Both the position numbers and the translations under genes were made by a program. Shown in pieces: positions 1 through 13,559 of a stretch of 64,000 nucleotides of DNA. The stretch is from Chiloscyllium plagiosum. Its lineage: Eukaryota. The stretch is from positions 16,952,268 through 17,016,267 of the forward strand of contig NC_057718.1 of NCBI RefSeq assembly GCF_004010195.1. Direction: 5' to 3'. Every line of letters begins with the position of its first letter. Position 1 is the stretch's first letter. The notes beneath the pieces were generated by a model that was given only the letters and a program-made list of their open reading frames with translations, did not search any database and was not told the DNA's origin.

Positions 1-1011
1 TGGAGCCCCTCCCCCCAGCCCCTACTGTGCTCACTGTATACCCATGACTGCTTCGCTGAATACCAGGCTAATGCCATTTACAAGTTCGCTGATGACACCA
101 CCATAGTTGACTGAATCTCAGATGGCGACAAAAGCGACCACAGACGGGAGGTGGAAAACCTGGAAAAATGGTGCACTGAGAACAAGCTAGCTCTCAATGC
201 CAGCAAAACCAAGGAACTCATTATTGACTTTTGTTGGGATGTTATTCATGCCACCCTACACATTAAAAGGACAGAGCTGGAACAAGTGGAGAGTGTCAAT
301 CTCCTGGGAGTGGTCGTCCACAACAAGCTTTCTTGGACTCTTCATGTAGATGCACTGGTTACAAAGGCCCAACAACGTTTCTTCTTCCTCAGGCAGCTGA
401 GGAAATTTGGCATGATGGCAAATACCCTTGCCAACTTTTATAAATGCGCCATTGAGAGCATTCTGTCTGGATGTATCACTACCTAGTATGGCAACTATAC
501 CATTCAAGATCGGAGAGTGGTGAACTTGACCTGCACAATCACAAAGGCCAACCTCCCATCTATAGAATCCATCTACCAAGCCCTCTGTCAAGGAAAGGCT
601 GCCAGCATTCTCAAAGATCCATCCATCCTGGCAATGTTTTTCTACAACCTCTACCATCAGGGAGAAGGTACAGAACCCTGAACACACGCACCAGCCTGTT
701 TCGAAACAGTTTCTACCCTACTGCTGTTAGAATACTGAATGGACTTACAAACTCCTAACATTCGCCTGTACCTGTATTTTTGTTTTCAAAAGAGAAAATG
801 CTGGAAAATCTCAGCAGGCAGCATCTGTAAGGAGAGAATGGAGCTGACGTTTCGAGTCTAACTGACCCTTTATCAAAGCTTTTGTTTTGCTGCTGTCTAC
901 CTATCAATTATTTATCTAAGCTATTTAACTATGTGATTTGCATGTATTGCTCGCAAGACAAAGCTTTTCACTGTCTCGGTACAAGTAACAAATTCAATTC
1001 CATTCAATTCA
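1..1011 (+). mobile_element. Rex1/Babar-clade LINE, 3' fragment (RT C-terminus, 3' UTR, (CAATT)n tail), decayed
   Basis: Motifs YTHDC, KFADDTT, WCTENKLALNASKTKELIIDF, KAQQRFFFLRQLRKF, AIESIL and LPSGRRYR. Premature TAG at 484-486. Closely similar to 37644-38923. Confidence 0.85.
789..880 (-). repeat. Short Penelope-derived terminal fragment inserted in the LINE 3' UTR
   Basis: Contains aatgctggaaaatctcagcagg...gcagcatctg...gacgtttcgagtc and is absent from the sister LINE copy at about 38460. Confidence 0.6.
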
Positions 1012-1029
1012 AAAGTGTTTTCACTTGTC

Positions 1030-1720
1030 AAATATCTTCATGAGGGACAGGTAATATGGAAGCCTTGAACGACTTGGAGCGTTCCGTGGCAATGAGGCAA
1101 GGCTCATACTTCGCAACACTGGGGCCAAGTGGATGGAAGATAAATAATATTTGACAAACCTTTTGGAGTTTTTGAGCATATAACTAGCAGAATACATCTG
1201 GGTGGGGGTGTTGGTGTTAGTGAAATTAAAGGGATGTGTTATATTAGAATTTTCAGATGGCTTTTGATAAGGTCCCACGCAAGTTTGTAAACAAAGTTTA
1301 GAGCAGACAGGATTGAGAAGGCTGAGAGGTGTTGTTGGACTTTAAAGGGACTTGTGTATTTGTTCATGATTCATTGAAGTTAATGTGAAAGTGCAACAAC
1401 CAATTAAGCCAAATTGTAAGTTAGACGTTATTACAGGAGAATTTGAGTATATGTGCATAGGTGGCTTAGTGCAGTTGTATAGATCCTTGATGAGACAGCA
1501 TTTGGAACATTAAATCATCGACTTGCCATTGGTAGAGTGCAATGAAGGTCCACCAAACGAATTCATAGGATGGAGGGATTGTCCTATAAGAAATAATAGA
1601 ATATACTGGCTTTATATTCTCTGGAATTTAGAAGAATAACAGACAATGCATTCAAACATAAACTATAGAGGTGCCAAAAGGATGTTTTTTCTGGCTGGCA
1701 GATCAAGAGATTTGATAGGT
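1030..1720 (+). mobile_element. Highly decayed CR1-type LINE ORF2 fragments
   Basis: Resembles the RT/C-terminal segments of the other CR1 copies in the window; no open frame. Confidence 0.5.
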
Positions 1721-1934
1721 TTTTGATCTGAAATATTGATCTGACTCAAATTTCTCTCAGCAGGTTTACTGGCTATTTGTTGGCTGTTTTCAGGATTTTC
1801 TATTTTTGTCAGTTTCTTGTGTCAAGTATAAAAAGTCATACTTGTGCATAAATAAACACTGAACAAAATTGGGAAAATAAACTGTGTTTAATGAAAATTT
1901 GGAGAAAACAAAATAGCTGGAGCTTTCTGGAGGA

Positions 1935-2445
1935 GCAAATTACTGCAGATGCCGGAATCTCTACTGAAAACAGCAAATGCTCGAGATCACAGCAGGTCAG
2001 ACAGCATCCATGGAGATACAGCAAGCAAACATTTCGAGTCTAGATGACTCTTCATCAGAAGTGAAATGTGGACCGGACAGCATTTAGTTTTGAGGTGTGG
2101 GGATAATGGGTGTAGGGTACTGGTGGAGAAAAATGTTGATAGTTCAGATAAAGTGATTGGAATGTGAGAATGGTGGAACAATTGTGTGTCTCGCTGCCAG
2201 ACTCGAAAGGACAGACAGTCCCCTGGGATGGGGAAGAGGAGAGAGGACATGATAACAACTGAATGTAATAAGCTGAAAGAAAGAGAAGAAATGGGAGTTG
2301 GTTCACAATTTGAAGACATTGAACTCAATATTTAAGTCCAGAAGGCTGTAAAGTGCATACTCTGAAGATGATTACACTATGATTCACTGGAACACCGCAG
2401 CATGCTGAGGACAGACAAGTGACATGTGAGCAGGACACTGTGTTA
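1935..2445 (-). mobile_element. Penelope-like element 3' fragment with hammerhead-like core
   Basis: Minus strand 2058-2028 reads CTGATGA-A-GAGTC-ATCTA-GACTC-GAAA-TGTT. Same terminal architecture as 48480-48770. Confidence 0.65.
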
Positions 2446-3603
2446 AAATTGTTTACTTTTGAGAAAAAATATGTATTTGTCTGGAAAGGTCTAATATTCC
2501 GAACATTTTTCAATACCATTTGAATAGTGATTCAGCTACTTGTTGGAGCTGTGTTCTCTGAATTCTTGCACTATTCTGCTCCATTATTGCCAACAGCCTG
2601 AGATTAGCTTGCTCTGCTATTGCCAGCACCCAAAAGGCCTATACTCCATTATCTGTTCCCTCCAGCATCGTTAGTGCCTCCAGAAAGTGTGCACTGTGGG
2701 ATCACCAGTGCTGGTTGTCTAATTCTTGACTTAATTGGCTGAGAATTTTAATTTGTGTTGATTGCAGTGTGTACATGTTGGTGTCAACTTGGAAAGTGGC
2801 TAATGGATATTCTGACATTTCTTTTACTGGAGTTATTGTTATCAAACTTGAGATGCGTCGCTGTACTTGCATAATTATGTTTTTTTTTAAAGCATTGAAT
2901 GATGCAAGCATCACCTTTTCTGAGACTGAGGGGTCTGGAATTTGACTGGATCATTTTCAATTCAGTCCAAGAACAATTCCCTATTACAGGGCTATGAAGA
3001 AAAAGCAGGCTAGTGGGACTAATTTGTTAGCTGTAGCAAAGTCTCATTACTGACATGATTTGAACAGATTCCTGTGCAGAATTATTGCAGTTTATCACAT
3101 CACCCGTAATCTGCTACATGTAACATTTTGCCCCTCGTAAGACCTGAAAAATGTCCGGTCAGATAGATGTGTAATGCTCCTTTCTTTTGCCTCATGTTTC
3201 AAGCCCTACCTCCAAAAAAAAAAGTTGTGCTTTTAAATAATTTGTCACATCAAATTTAATAATGGTAACATTCAATATTATAACAACACATTTCAAATAA
3301 CCTGCCAACTTGTTTTATAGAAGAAAAATAACTGAGGTAATTATATTCAAAAACAGCACTGACACTGAAACAACTAACCATTCAGGTCAAGTGATGATAA
3401 GTCAGCACTTGAGCTCGTTATGTGATATGACTGCACATGATAATCTTGCATCTAATGTAAATTCAGAAGTTGGAAAAAAGCAGACGTGCAAAATTTGTCG
3501 CTTGTGCAGTTTTGCAAGTATAACAAACACTTATCATTTTCAGAAAGTGTTATTCACAGCGATGTTTAATCCTAAACCTTGGCAAACTATGGATATGAGC
3601 AAT

Positions 3604-4417
3604 CCAAGATGGTGACACATTAGCATGGCTGTGTGGGCTCTTGCCAGGGTTCGTCCACTACCATCTGCTTGCTTTTCTTTTTCTTTTTACCTGCTCTGTT
3701 TCTTTCAGTTTGTTTCCTTTCATTTTTCCTTGTTGCGTTAGTTGGCAGCATCAGCATGGCAATGAGAGCAGAGTATGCACAGAATGGCGGCAGCCTCCCA
3801 GCGGTCGGAGGCTGTGATGGACGTGGAATCTGTCATTGGCAGTGTCAAGGACATCTTCCTGGCATTTGGGGCAGGTAGTGGCGGCAATAGCAAAAAGGCT
3901 CCTTCAACGACCAGAGGAGGCACCAGCAGCAGCACACTCTTGAAGTGACGGCAGCAGCAATGCAACAACTTTGGAGGAAGGTGGCTAGAATAGGACACTT
4001 GGCCTGGCCTTGTCGAGCCATAGACTACTGGTTACAGTAAGCCCAGCAGGTGAATCCTGGCATTGGCAAGACAGTGGCAGCAGCGTGGTATGCCCAAAAG
4101 GGGGTTCCTGGGTCAAGTGTGTGTTCAGCATCGGACTTGGCGCGACAAAGTGGACCCAGCAGCAATGAGATGGTGGCCAAAGAGTGGCAACTCCTATGAT
4201 GGTGGTTCCAGCGCCAATAACAGCGAAACTGTGGAGAAGGGGTGGCAGTGCAGGTGTCGTGTTGCCGATGAGCCAACTCAGGACTCATGGTGGAGGCGGC
4301 AGAATGAAGATGGACTCTCGGTAAAAAGAAAGTCTTTTTATTCAATATAGCGACAGTTGAAGCTTCTCGGTGTTTTTTTGTATTTACTGTAAAGTGCAAG
4401 TGACAGTAAGTCATTCA
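3604..4417 (+). repeat. Putative non-autonomous retroelement with a Rex1-like 3' tail
   Basis: GC-richer block starting ccaagatggtg and ending aagctt...actgtaaagtgcaagtgacagtaagtcattca, similar to the LINE tails at 961-1011 and 38871-38923. Confidence 0.4.
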
Positions 4418-6439
4418 CGGTCAAACTGCAGCCATTTTGTCATTGCTGTTTTGTCTTGTTTTTGATCCCCTAGTTTCATGAATCACAATCCAACTCTCCA
4501 ATTTTGTTCATTGATTACTGTGCATTAATGTACTTGCAATTTAGTCATCACTGATTTGGCCATCCTTCCTCTTTATACTTGCCTGGCTCTTAGTTTTTTT
4601 TTCTTATCGTCTTGTCATTTTTAATTTCCTTTAACTTTTTATACTTGCATAGTGACAGATTATTTATCTTTTCAAGCTGTCATCTCCAATCTCTTCGCCT
4701 GTCACCACAGCTCAAGTTGATTCCTTTACAAGAAACTCTGTACAATGTAGCAGAGTCTCTATACTTAGAAATCAGAGCTCTTCATATTCAAACTGTAAAC
4801 CATGCATTTATCTTTCTAATATGACAGTTCCTTTACTGTCAAGCTTTACTACTTATATATCCTACTTATTATGCCTTGAAATCCCAGGTGATTTCCTTTA
4901 TGGAATTAAAACCAATTCTCCTTTAAGTAATTGATTCTGATCTGGCATTTTCGAGCTACCTATCCATGAGTCTTTCGATTCACATTTTGCTGATTCATAC
5001 ACTGGCAATTGGGAAGCAATGCACTATTTGAACTCTCCTTCATAGTTACAGACTCCCATTATTCTGTATCTGCATTCTGTCTTTGAGTAAATATGCCCCA
5101 CAATGCTGTGGTTTTTTCCCCCCTGATTGCTGTCTCTAGAACTACTGTCCTTAATAGTCAAAACTGTTGAATGGTTTCAGATCTCCTTAGCTTCCTCTCC
5201 CCCCCCCCCACCTTTCTCTGGAAGATGTTGAATCTACTTCTGTTTCACTGTGCTTCCCAAGTTCTGTTTTAGTATATCTACTATGTTTGCAAGGTACCGT
5301 TGAATTTACGACAGCAAACCTATCGGGCAATGCATTTCCAGTTGTAATGCATGTGTTTAAAATAAACTTTGTTCTCTCCTTTTGGTTCTTTTATCAATAT
5401 CTTGAATCCATGTCCTTTACTTACTGACTCTGCGTGTCTCCTCACTGGAAACTATTTATTAACTCGGAACTCCAAGAATTGCAAATTAATCCTGGCTAAC
5501 TAGACTAATGCATTTCACATTGTACAATTAGGAATAGTCTTGTAGGTTCTACTTTTGCCTCTAGCTTTTTAAAATTTCTGCCAGTGTTCATCACTCTCTT
5601 CCTGAAGTTGTTGATTCTTTTCTCAGTTCTTCTAGGAGTTTGTGTCTGTTTTATCTGAGAAGACATCCAATGTCAGCAAGTTAACCAAGCTTAAGCATCA
5701 CCAAGTCCAATCCTACCTATAAACACAAACAGAAATCTTTGGCAATTAGAGACAGGAATCATGGCTTTTGTACTTTCCCTCACCCATTAGTAATGAGGCC
5801 TAAGATTGAAGTCGGGTTCTAAAGACTGGAATAGATCAGGGTTGGAACCTTGGGACATTATCTGTATAAACAAAATACTTGCTTAATCGTTTGAGCTATG
5901 GGATAACTGAAACCATTTTTTAAAACAAATGCATGCTGCATTTTAAGTTCTTTATCTTGGCTCACTGTTTTACTGTGTCTCCTGTTAGCTACTGCTATCT
6001 AACTTGAGCAACAAATTTTGAAATAATTACTTTCAAGTAGAAGAGACTAACAACTTTTGTTCATGACAGGCTTTAAATTGCACTCTTTATAACAGGAAGT
6101 TACAATTACTTTCATCAAAGGCCAAGTAATGTTTTGAATGCTTAAACATGAGGCACATTGACATTTTCTTTGGCTTTGATTAGAGTGAATTATAACTTTT
6201 GTCATGTGCAGAACAAATGGGATCTATAAAATGGTTTAATGAAGAACATTTTTTTCTTCTTTAATCTTTGCAATTTTCAAAGATTACGGTTAAATTCTTT
6301 ATTCATTTATAACAGGTTTGCAATATGCAGTCTGGAATCACGTAATTTCAAGTGTAACATTTTTAATATCATTTTCATCTATGGGGCAATACATTTTGTA
6401 AGCTTACAGTCCATTTTCCAAAAAGATTAAATAACAGCC

Positions 6440-7330
6440 CTTGCCTAGTAGTGTTCAGATCATTGACCCATTTAATCAAGATCTCTTTGCAATCTTAGAA
6501 AACCTTCTTCACTGTCTACTATGCCACCAATTTTGGTGTCAAATGCAAATTACTAACTATGTCTTCGATAAACAAAAGAGGACCCAGAACCAATCCCTGT
6601 GGAACACCACTGATGACAGGCCTCCAGTCTAAAATACAACCTTCATCATCACACTGTCTCCTGCCATTAAGAATTAGATATCCTACTGGCAAGCTCACCC
6701 TGAATCCCAAGTGACCTAACTTTACTCATTAGTCAACCATGCGGAACCTCGTCAAAGACTTTACTACAATCCAAATAAACAATATCTACCCCTCTGCCAT
6801 CATCAATTATTTTGGTAACTTCCTCAAAAAATACACAATCAAGTTTGTGAGACATGATTTTTCTGAAGCAAAACCATGCTGACTATTCCTAATCAATTTT
6901 TGCCTCTCTAAATGTCCATAAATCCTTTTTTTTCTATCATCATCTCCAACAATTTACCCACAACTGAAGTCAGAACCATAGGTCTATATTTCCCCAGTTT
7001 CTCTTTACAACCTTTCTACAACATTAGCCACCCTCCAGTCATCAGGCACTTCACCCGTAGTTATGGATGATATAAATATTTCTGCAAGGAGTCTTGCAAT
7101 TTTCTCCCCTACTTCCCACAATATTCTGAAATACATTAGATCATGACCCGGAGATTTATCCACCCTTATGTTCTAAGACCTCCTGAGCCTTCTATTCTGT
7201 CATCCAAACTGTTTTTAAAAAAATCAAAGTTTATTTCTCTGCATTCTCTAGATTACACTTCTTTTACCACAGTAAACCATATCTGCCAATGCTATCTCAT
7301 AATCCCCTCTTTGCCTTAAGAGTGCCCCTA
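6440..7330 (-). mobile_element. CR1 LINE ORF2 (RT) fragment, decayed
   Basis: Minus-strand DWRPVISGVPQGLVLGPLLF; QHGF/KSCLTNL-type sequence at about 6840-6890. Confidence 0.85.
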
Positions 7331-7914
7331 CACTCTTTTCATTGATGACTCTTTGGTCACTTTAATGAATTGAGCCTGATAGAGGTTGAAGAAACTTTCA
7401 ACCATCTGAAAATATGCTACCTGTTGCAGAGTGCCTAAGCTCTGTCCTGCATTTATAGCCTTGATGTCAATGTCTCCAGTTTCTAGCCTGCATTGGTCCT
7501 TCAAATTTTGATTATCGGATGGTGGTGCTGTTGAAGGACATGGGGATGTTGCTGAACTTTCACTTGTTGAATGTGATCATTAGCTTGCAATTGTATGGCG
7601 TGCACATTTCCAACCAATTTTCAACCCAAAATAAACTTAATCAGGTTCTTGTAATTGACAGCTTTTGCTTCATGTGTTATTTTCATGTGGTGTTCTTAGA
7701 ATCTTTTCTCTTTTCTGCATAATTTATTCTTTTCTTCCTATGTCTTGTTATTTGCTGCATTTGCAAGGTTTGCCTCTTTTTAGGCAGCACTTGCAGTCTG
7801 ACAGCATTTAGGTAATTGTAGATGTTTGAGAGTTCCTCAAATTTGGGAGGCAAAAATAACTGCAAGTTTCAAGTTCTTAATTTTTCCAATTTGCTTTGTT
7901 CAGGTAGGGTTTTT

Positions 7915-8960
7915 AACTCATTCACAGGATGAGAGCATTGCTGACTCGGCCACCATTTATTGCCCATCCCTAATTGTGTTATGAAGGTGTAGGTGTGTAC
8001 TGTACCTTTTAAGAGACTGGAAGCTGACACGGACTTAGAGGGGCACGTAGTGTGCTGAAAGAATTTAAAATGTAATGTTTGACTGTGAAACCAATAGTGC
8101 AGCTGAGTTGCCATGGTATACAACATTCAAAGTTGACCAATCAGTTTAAATTATGCCTCAAGATACCAATATCAGTCGAATTTGAATTTTGTGTTTTGAT
8201 GACATCAAACCAGTGAAATGATCTGATGTTTTGGGATATAAAACCAGATATTTTGAACAGTTATGGGGCGAACTGCCAGGAAAATCAACCAGTATAGACT
8301 GCTAGCCAAATAGCGGTCTGAAAGGTACCTGTTCGAAAGAAATTTGTGCAGCAGAACACTAAAGCTGACCTAGAGAAAAATCAACAGAAGAAAATCTACA
8401 AAGGAGAATTGACAAAGATGACTCGCTTTAATATTTTTTTTTGTAAATCTTAATCGGTTTTTAAAAAATCAAACCAATATTGTAGAGTGGGAGGTAAAAG
8501 ATAGGTTTAAGAGAAACGAGTTATAAATAGTTGTTTAATGATCTCTTTTGGACTTTAAGATAAAAATTGTTAATTTTTACTTTAAATAGTCAAATCTGGG
8601 ATAGTTCTTTGCCTCTCGAAATGTAACCGATTACGGCATGAGATTCTGTGTCCGGTTTAACTTAGCAGAGGGGTTTACCCTGGGTCGTAACACTTGCCCA
8701 GAGGGAAGTTAAGATCAACTACATTACTGTGTGTCTCGAGTCACATGTAATGATAACACTTTCCTTCCATGAAGCACATTAGTGAAGTAAATATTATTTT
8801 CCCAGCAAACAGCAATGGATTCATGGTCATCATTAGACTCTTAATTCTAGATTTATATTGAGTTCAAATGCCACCATCTACCATGGCGGGATTCAATCTC
8901 TGGTCCCTAGAACATTACTTGATTTTCTGGATTAACAATCCAGTGTTAATGCCACTACCT
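7915..8960 (-). repeat. tRNA-derived SINE with L2/CR1-like tail (Deu/SacSINE-like), split by a solo LTR
   Basis: 7915-7976 and 8693-8960 join as ccctaattg|cccagaggg. The tail matches the reverse complement of 25830-25876 and the body resembles 9790-10010. Confidence 0.6.
7977..8692. mobile_element. Solo LTR, 716 bp
   Basis: Starts TGTTATGA and ends TCGTAACA (TG..CA with terminal inverted repeat). Imperfect 4-bp TSD attg/cttg. Cleanly interrupts a SINE. Confidence 0.75.
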
Positions 8961-8964
8961 CCTT

Positions 8965-9160
8965 CGATGTTTGTTAGTTTAGTTGGCTGGATGGCTGGTT
9001 TGCAGTGCAGTATATTGCCAGCAGTGTGGGTTCAATTCCTGCACCAGCTGAGGTTAATATGAAGGGCTGTCCTTCTCAACTTCCTCCCTCACCTGAGGTA
9101 GATCATTTTTGGTTAAACCTCCACTGGTTGTGTGCTCTTTAATGAGAGAGCACCCCTATG
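8965..9160 (+). repeat. tRNA-derived SINE, decayed
   Basis: A-box-like tagtttagttgg and B-box-like gggttcaattcc; body related to 32310-32420 (+) and 45540-45700 (-). Confidence 0.55.
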
Positions 9161-9249
9161 ATGTTGTTTTTATTCTGATTTAAATATAACTGTTATTTTG
9201 CACCTGTGACAAAATCTGGACTGGGAAGATGGATATACCATTGTATATT

Positions 9250-9361
9250 ATGGATTAGTGGTGCTGGAAGAGCACAGCAGTTCAGGCAGCATCTGAGGAG
9301 CAGTAAAATTGACGTTTCGGGCAAAAGCCCTTCATCAGGAATACAGGCAGAGAGCCTGAAG
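9250..9361 (-). repeat. Penelope-derived terminal repeat with intact hammerhead core
   Basis: Minus strand 9338-9311 reads CTGATGAAGGGCTTTTGCCCGAAACGTC. Confidence 0.75.
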
Positions 9362-9789
9362 TCTACAGTGACTAATGATCAATGTAATTAAATTAGATAA
9401 AGTCCACAAATGATTTCAGTTTTGGTCTCAATTTCTTGCAGTTGCTACTGCATTCAAGATTTTTAGGTTGTTTGTTTTGGGTAAATTGTGCTGTAGGGAT
9501 TTAAATGCAACTGTTCCTTGATAGGGATTTATTTCTTGAATCATAATTCAGTTGAAAAATCAATAATTTATTAGAAACATATTTGCTTATAGTTGATGTT
9601 GTGACTTTTTTTGTAAGGATTATAAAATATCTTTTGATAAGGCACGGATATTGAAAATTGGAACTCCTGATGACGTGTAGTGAATACTGTTCTTTGGGAC
9701 ATAATGAGTCTGTGTTTCCCATTGCTGACTCTGCTTGAAGATAAGGTGTTTCAGTAGTCAAATTCTTGCGCCAGGCGATTACTGTCTGA

Positions 9790-10010
9790 AGGTCAGTGTT
9801 AGTAATCAGAGACCCAGTGTTTGAAGCTCATTAAATAAGTTTTGATAAAGTCTGATGACCATGGTCATGAAGATGGTCATAAAAATTCATCTTGTTCACT
9901 AATGTCCTTCAGGGAAGAAAATCTACTGTTCTGACTGGGTATGGCCTACATGTGACTCTATACCCACAACAATGTCATTAACTCTTAACTGCCATCTGAA
10001 ATGGTCCAAT
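9790..10010 (+). repeat. Deu/SacSINE-like SINE body
   Basis: gttcactaatgtccttcagggaag...ggcctacatgtgactc...actcttaactgcc; antisense to 8693-8830. Confidence 0.55.
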
Positions 10011-10020
10011 AAACTTTTGA

Positions 10021-10141
10021 GGAGAAAGTGAGGTCTGCAGATGCTGGAGATCAGAGCTGAAAATGTGTTGCTGGAAAAGCGCAGCAGGTCAGGCAGCATC
10101 CAGGGAACAGGAGAATCGACGTTTCGGGCATAAGCCCTTCT
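10021..10141 (-). repeat. Penelope-derived terminal repeat, truncated inside the hammerhead core
   Basis: Closely similar to 40131-40251. Confidence 0.75.
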
Positions 10142-11039
10142 TAAACAAACCAATAGAAAGCTTTTTTCAAAATAAATGAAGCTGATTGAAACACCTGACA
10201 TCAAACCAGACATGGGAAACAAAAAGGCAAACGCAACCCTGTTGACTCTGCAAACCTCTGTTTACTGACATCTAGGGGTTAGTGCTGAAATTTGGAGAAC
10301 TGTCTCAGATTAGTCAAGCGATATCCTAACATGGGCATGCACCCAGAATCACACATTGGCTGCAATATCCCCTAACAATGCCACCGTTCCAGAGTGTGTC
10401 TGTCCCATAGGTAAGACAGACCCAGCAGAGTTGGCAGCACAGTTTGGAAGGAAGTTCTCCTTAGAGTCTTCAACATTTGAAGTCATATGGCATCAGGTCA
10501 AACATGAGCAGGGAAACATGATTACTGCATATAGCACAGCTGAGGTATCAGTACTCCTCCATGTTGAACAGCATTTAAGAATGACGTAGGGGAGCTGGTG
10601 TTGGAGTGGAGTGGACAAAATTAAAAATCGCACAACAAATTATAGTTCAACAAATTAAATAAACCTGTTGGACTGTAACCTGATGTGTGATTTTTAGGAT
10701 TTAAGGAAGCACTGACGGTGACAAGGGGACAGAACTCTAGGTGGGGGACATTCCGTTCTGAACAGCCATTTAATATTTGTCTTTCGAGAATTAGAAGTGT
10801 ATCTCGTGTCTTCAGTGAAGTTTTTCTATTAAAAACTGTGTGCTGTGACTAACTGAGCATTGAGGAACCATAATTTCAGAGGTGCTTATCTGGAGTTAGA
10901 GTTCTAGTGCAAGTGTGAATAAGTTTTCCATTCTAATACTAATTGTTAAATAAATGGATCAGACACTTGAACAAAAAACTCAATTCCTTTTGGAGTTTAA
11001 CATTTTTTGTTAATTTTATTGATACCTTTTATTTTTCAG

Positions 11040-11148
11040 ACTCAACCTGAAGGTTCCTTTACATCCAGCACCCCTAGGTGGGTGTCCCAATGGGCACATT
11101 TAGCTGCTAACGATGTTGTGCCAGCAACATTTGGTACTCATGAACAAG
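11040..11148 (+). CDS. CEP170: CEP170 internal exon (TQPEGSFTSSTPRWVSQWAHLAANDVVPATFGTHEQ), not in the ORF track
   Basis: Acceptor tttttcAG and donor G|GTAACT. RWVSQWAxLAAN is a motif I recall from CEP170. The phase-1 end joins 13560 in frame (G+AT=Asp). Confidence 0.9.
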
Positions 11149-13559
11149 GTAACTAATCACCTGATGATTCTTTGCTACATGTCCATTTGTTAATAATCCT
11201 AAAGATGGGTACAATAAGCAGTTCAAACATGGCAGTTCTTTAGTATGTTTTTTTTGGTTAAACATTTGTGTAACTGTGATCAATTTGATCAGTGTTGGTG
11301 TGACAGGAAAGGGGGAGGTGCAATGAGACGTAGGTGTCCTTGTCACCAGTCACTGAAAGTAAGCATGCAGCTGCAGCAGGTAATAAAACAAATGGTATGT
11401 TGGCCTTCATAGTGAAATGATTTGAGTGGAGGAGGAGGGATATCATTCAGCAATGGTGCAGAGCTTTGGTGAGACAGTGTCTGGAGTATTTTGTGCAGTT
11501 TTGGTCTCCTTATCTGACTATGGAGGGACTGCAGTAAAAGTTTACCAGAAACAAAAATCAAATCCAAAGAGAAGCTTAGTAGATAAATTGTTCAGATTGC
11601 TCCTGTTCAATGTCGTTGTGCGTCTTTTGGCTAGCTGAAGAACAACATGAGTCCATTTATTAGGTTCCTTACTTTTTCTGTAGGAAAATCTGCAAAGTTC
11701 ATACAGCAATAAAAATAGTGTATTTGAAAGATAGATGAAATAGAAGTAGGAAGCAGTATAATTAGTGAATGTATTTTTATATAGTTTACAAAGCATTAGG
11801 GGGTAACAGTATTTTTAAGATCTAACTATGCTTTTCAGAATAACATTTGTTTTATAGAAGTCTTCATTTTCTGTATGATGATAATGAGGAGCAAATTACC
11901 AAGTAAAACTTTTACATATAAAAGTCTTAACCACTATGTTTGCATTTAATGTGAACCAGCTACTTACTACCAGTAACTAAATTGACTTTGTTACCTGTGT
12001 TCCTTCCCCACCAAAAATAGGGAATGATCGTCTGCTTTCACTAGCCATACTGTAAATGATTTGGTAGATCTCAGTCCCACTTGTATGAATTCTGTGGTAA
12101 CTGAATCATCAGCTATTTAATTTCATTCACCTTCATTTTGTGACCCATTGTTCCTGCTTCAAACTGAAGATGTAATAAAACAATCTTATCAGATTTTGAA
12201 GTCTGGTCAAAATGGCACCTTAAAGATTAACCTATTTCTATAATAAAAGCTATACATGTGCAAGGGTGTCAACATAGCATATTGGGAAACTGTCAACATT
12301 TTAAAAATAACACTACTTAGCAATTTTGAAATTGTTTATTTACACAGAAGGATTGCAAAAAAAAAGAGAATGGGCTGTTCTGTGGTGCCAAGGTACTTCA
12401 GACTGGCTAACTGTGGAATACCTCCAGTTGCTTCACAAGCAAGACACAGACCTTCCAGTTGCTTGCCATTTTAACCTGCCACCTTGATCTTGCAAATCAG
12501 TATAATGGGTTGATGTGTTTGGAAATTATTTTGGGGGGTGAGGGTTTGTTTCTATTTGTCTTTGGTAGTAAATTTAATTTTGGATGCCTGTGTCTCAGGA
12601 TATTTTATACTAGAATGTAATTATTTAGGACTTCTTTAGTCAAATGAGTTTGTGGTTAGAAATTTTGTGTAATATGATTGGCGAGTAGAAAATTCTCGAA
12701 ACAAATGAAGTGGCCATTCAATAAAGCACATACAGTATATTTGTCATAATGTTAACACAAATATTATTAGAAGTATACAGCTTTGCCCTGCCTATCTGAT
12801 TCTCTAACTCCATCTCAGAGTGGGTTTCAAGCCAATCTACATCCAAAAACCTGCATTAAATGCTCTGTTCATAATTTGACAAATTCTACCACAGCATCTG
12901 AAACAATCCATAGCATTCTAAAACAATCAGATTCTAAATAATTGCAATGTTCTTTTATTAAACTTAATTCACCTGTGATGTTAACATTTTTTAAAAATTT
13001 TAAGATCTGGATCTGCATTTTCTCCAGAAATGAATCCATTCATGGTCCCTGCCCCACCTGTGTTTACGTTTTCTTGAACTCCATCCCTTAGGTTTTGAGA
13101 TTATTTATATCTGAGCAGAATAACAGGCACAAAAACATTACCTCTGCCATTCAAAGTAAGCAGAAATAATAACTCATGCGAAACCATGATAGAAAAGGCA
13201 GAAAATTAGCAGAAACAATATATTTGACTGTGCAAGAAGTTTTATTTTGCAGATAATTCAAATAACCTTTTCCATTTAAAAAGAAAATTTATTAATTGTG
13301 GAATTAACAGACTGTCAGCTTTTCATTAAACAGTTACTAAATCTTTAAGTGTCATGCCTCCGATTAGTAGCCAGGATTAGTCCAAACATACATTTTTGGC
13401 AAAAACACTTGTAGACTTCCCACTGGAAGGCGAAGCACATCACCTCGTGGTGTGGTTGTGTTAGGGAAGGTCTATTGATGATTCTTTTTCCTAATATTAG
13501 TTGTTTTTTTTTAAAAAGTTAAATTTGTTGCAATATAAAATGAATTTTTCTTTTGCTAG

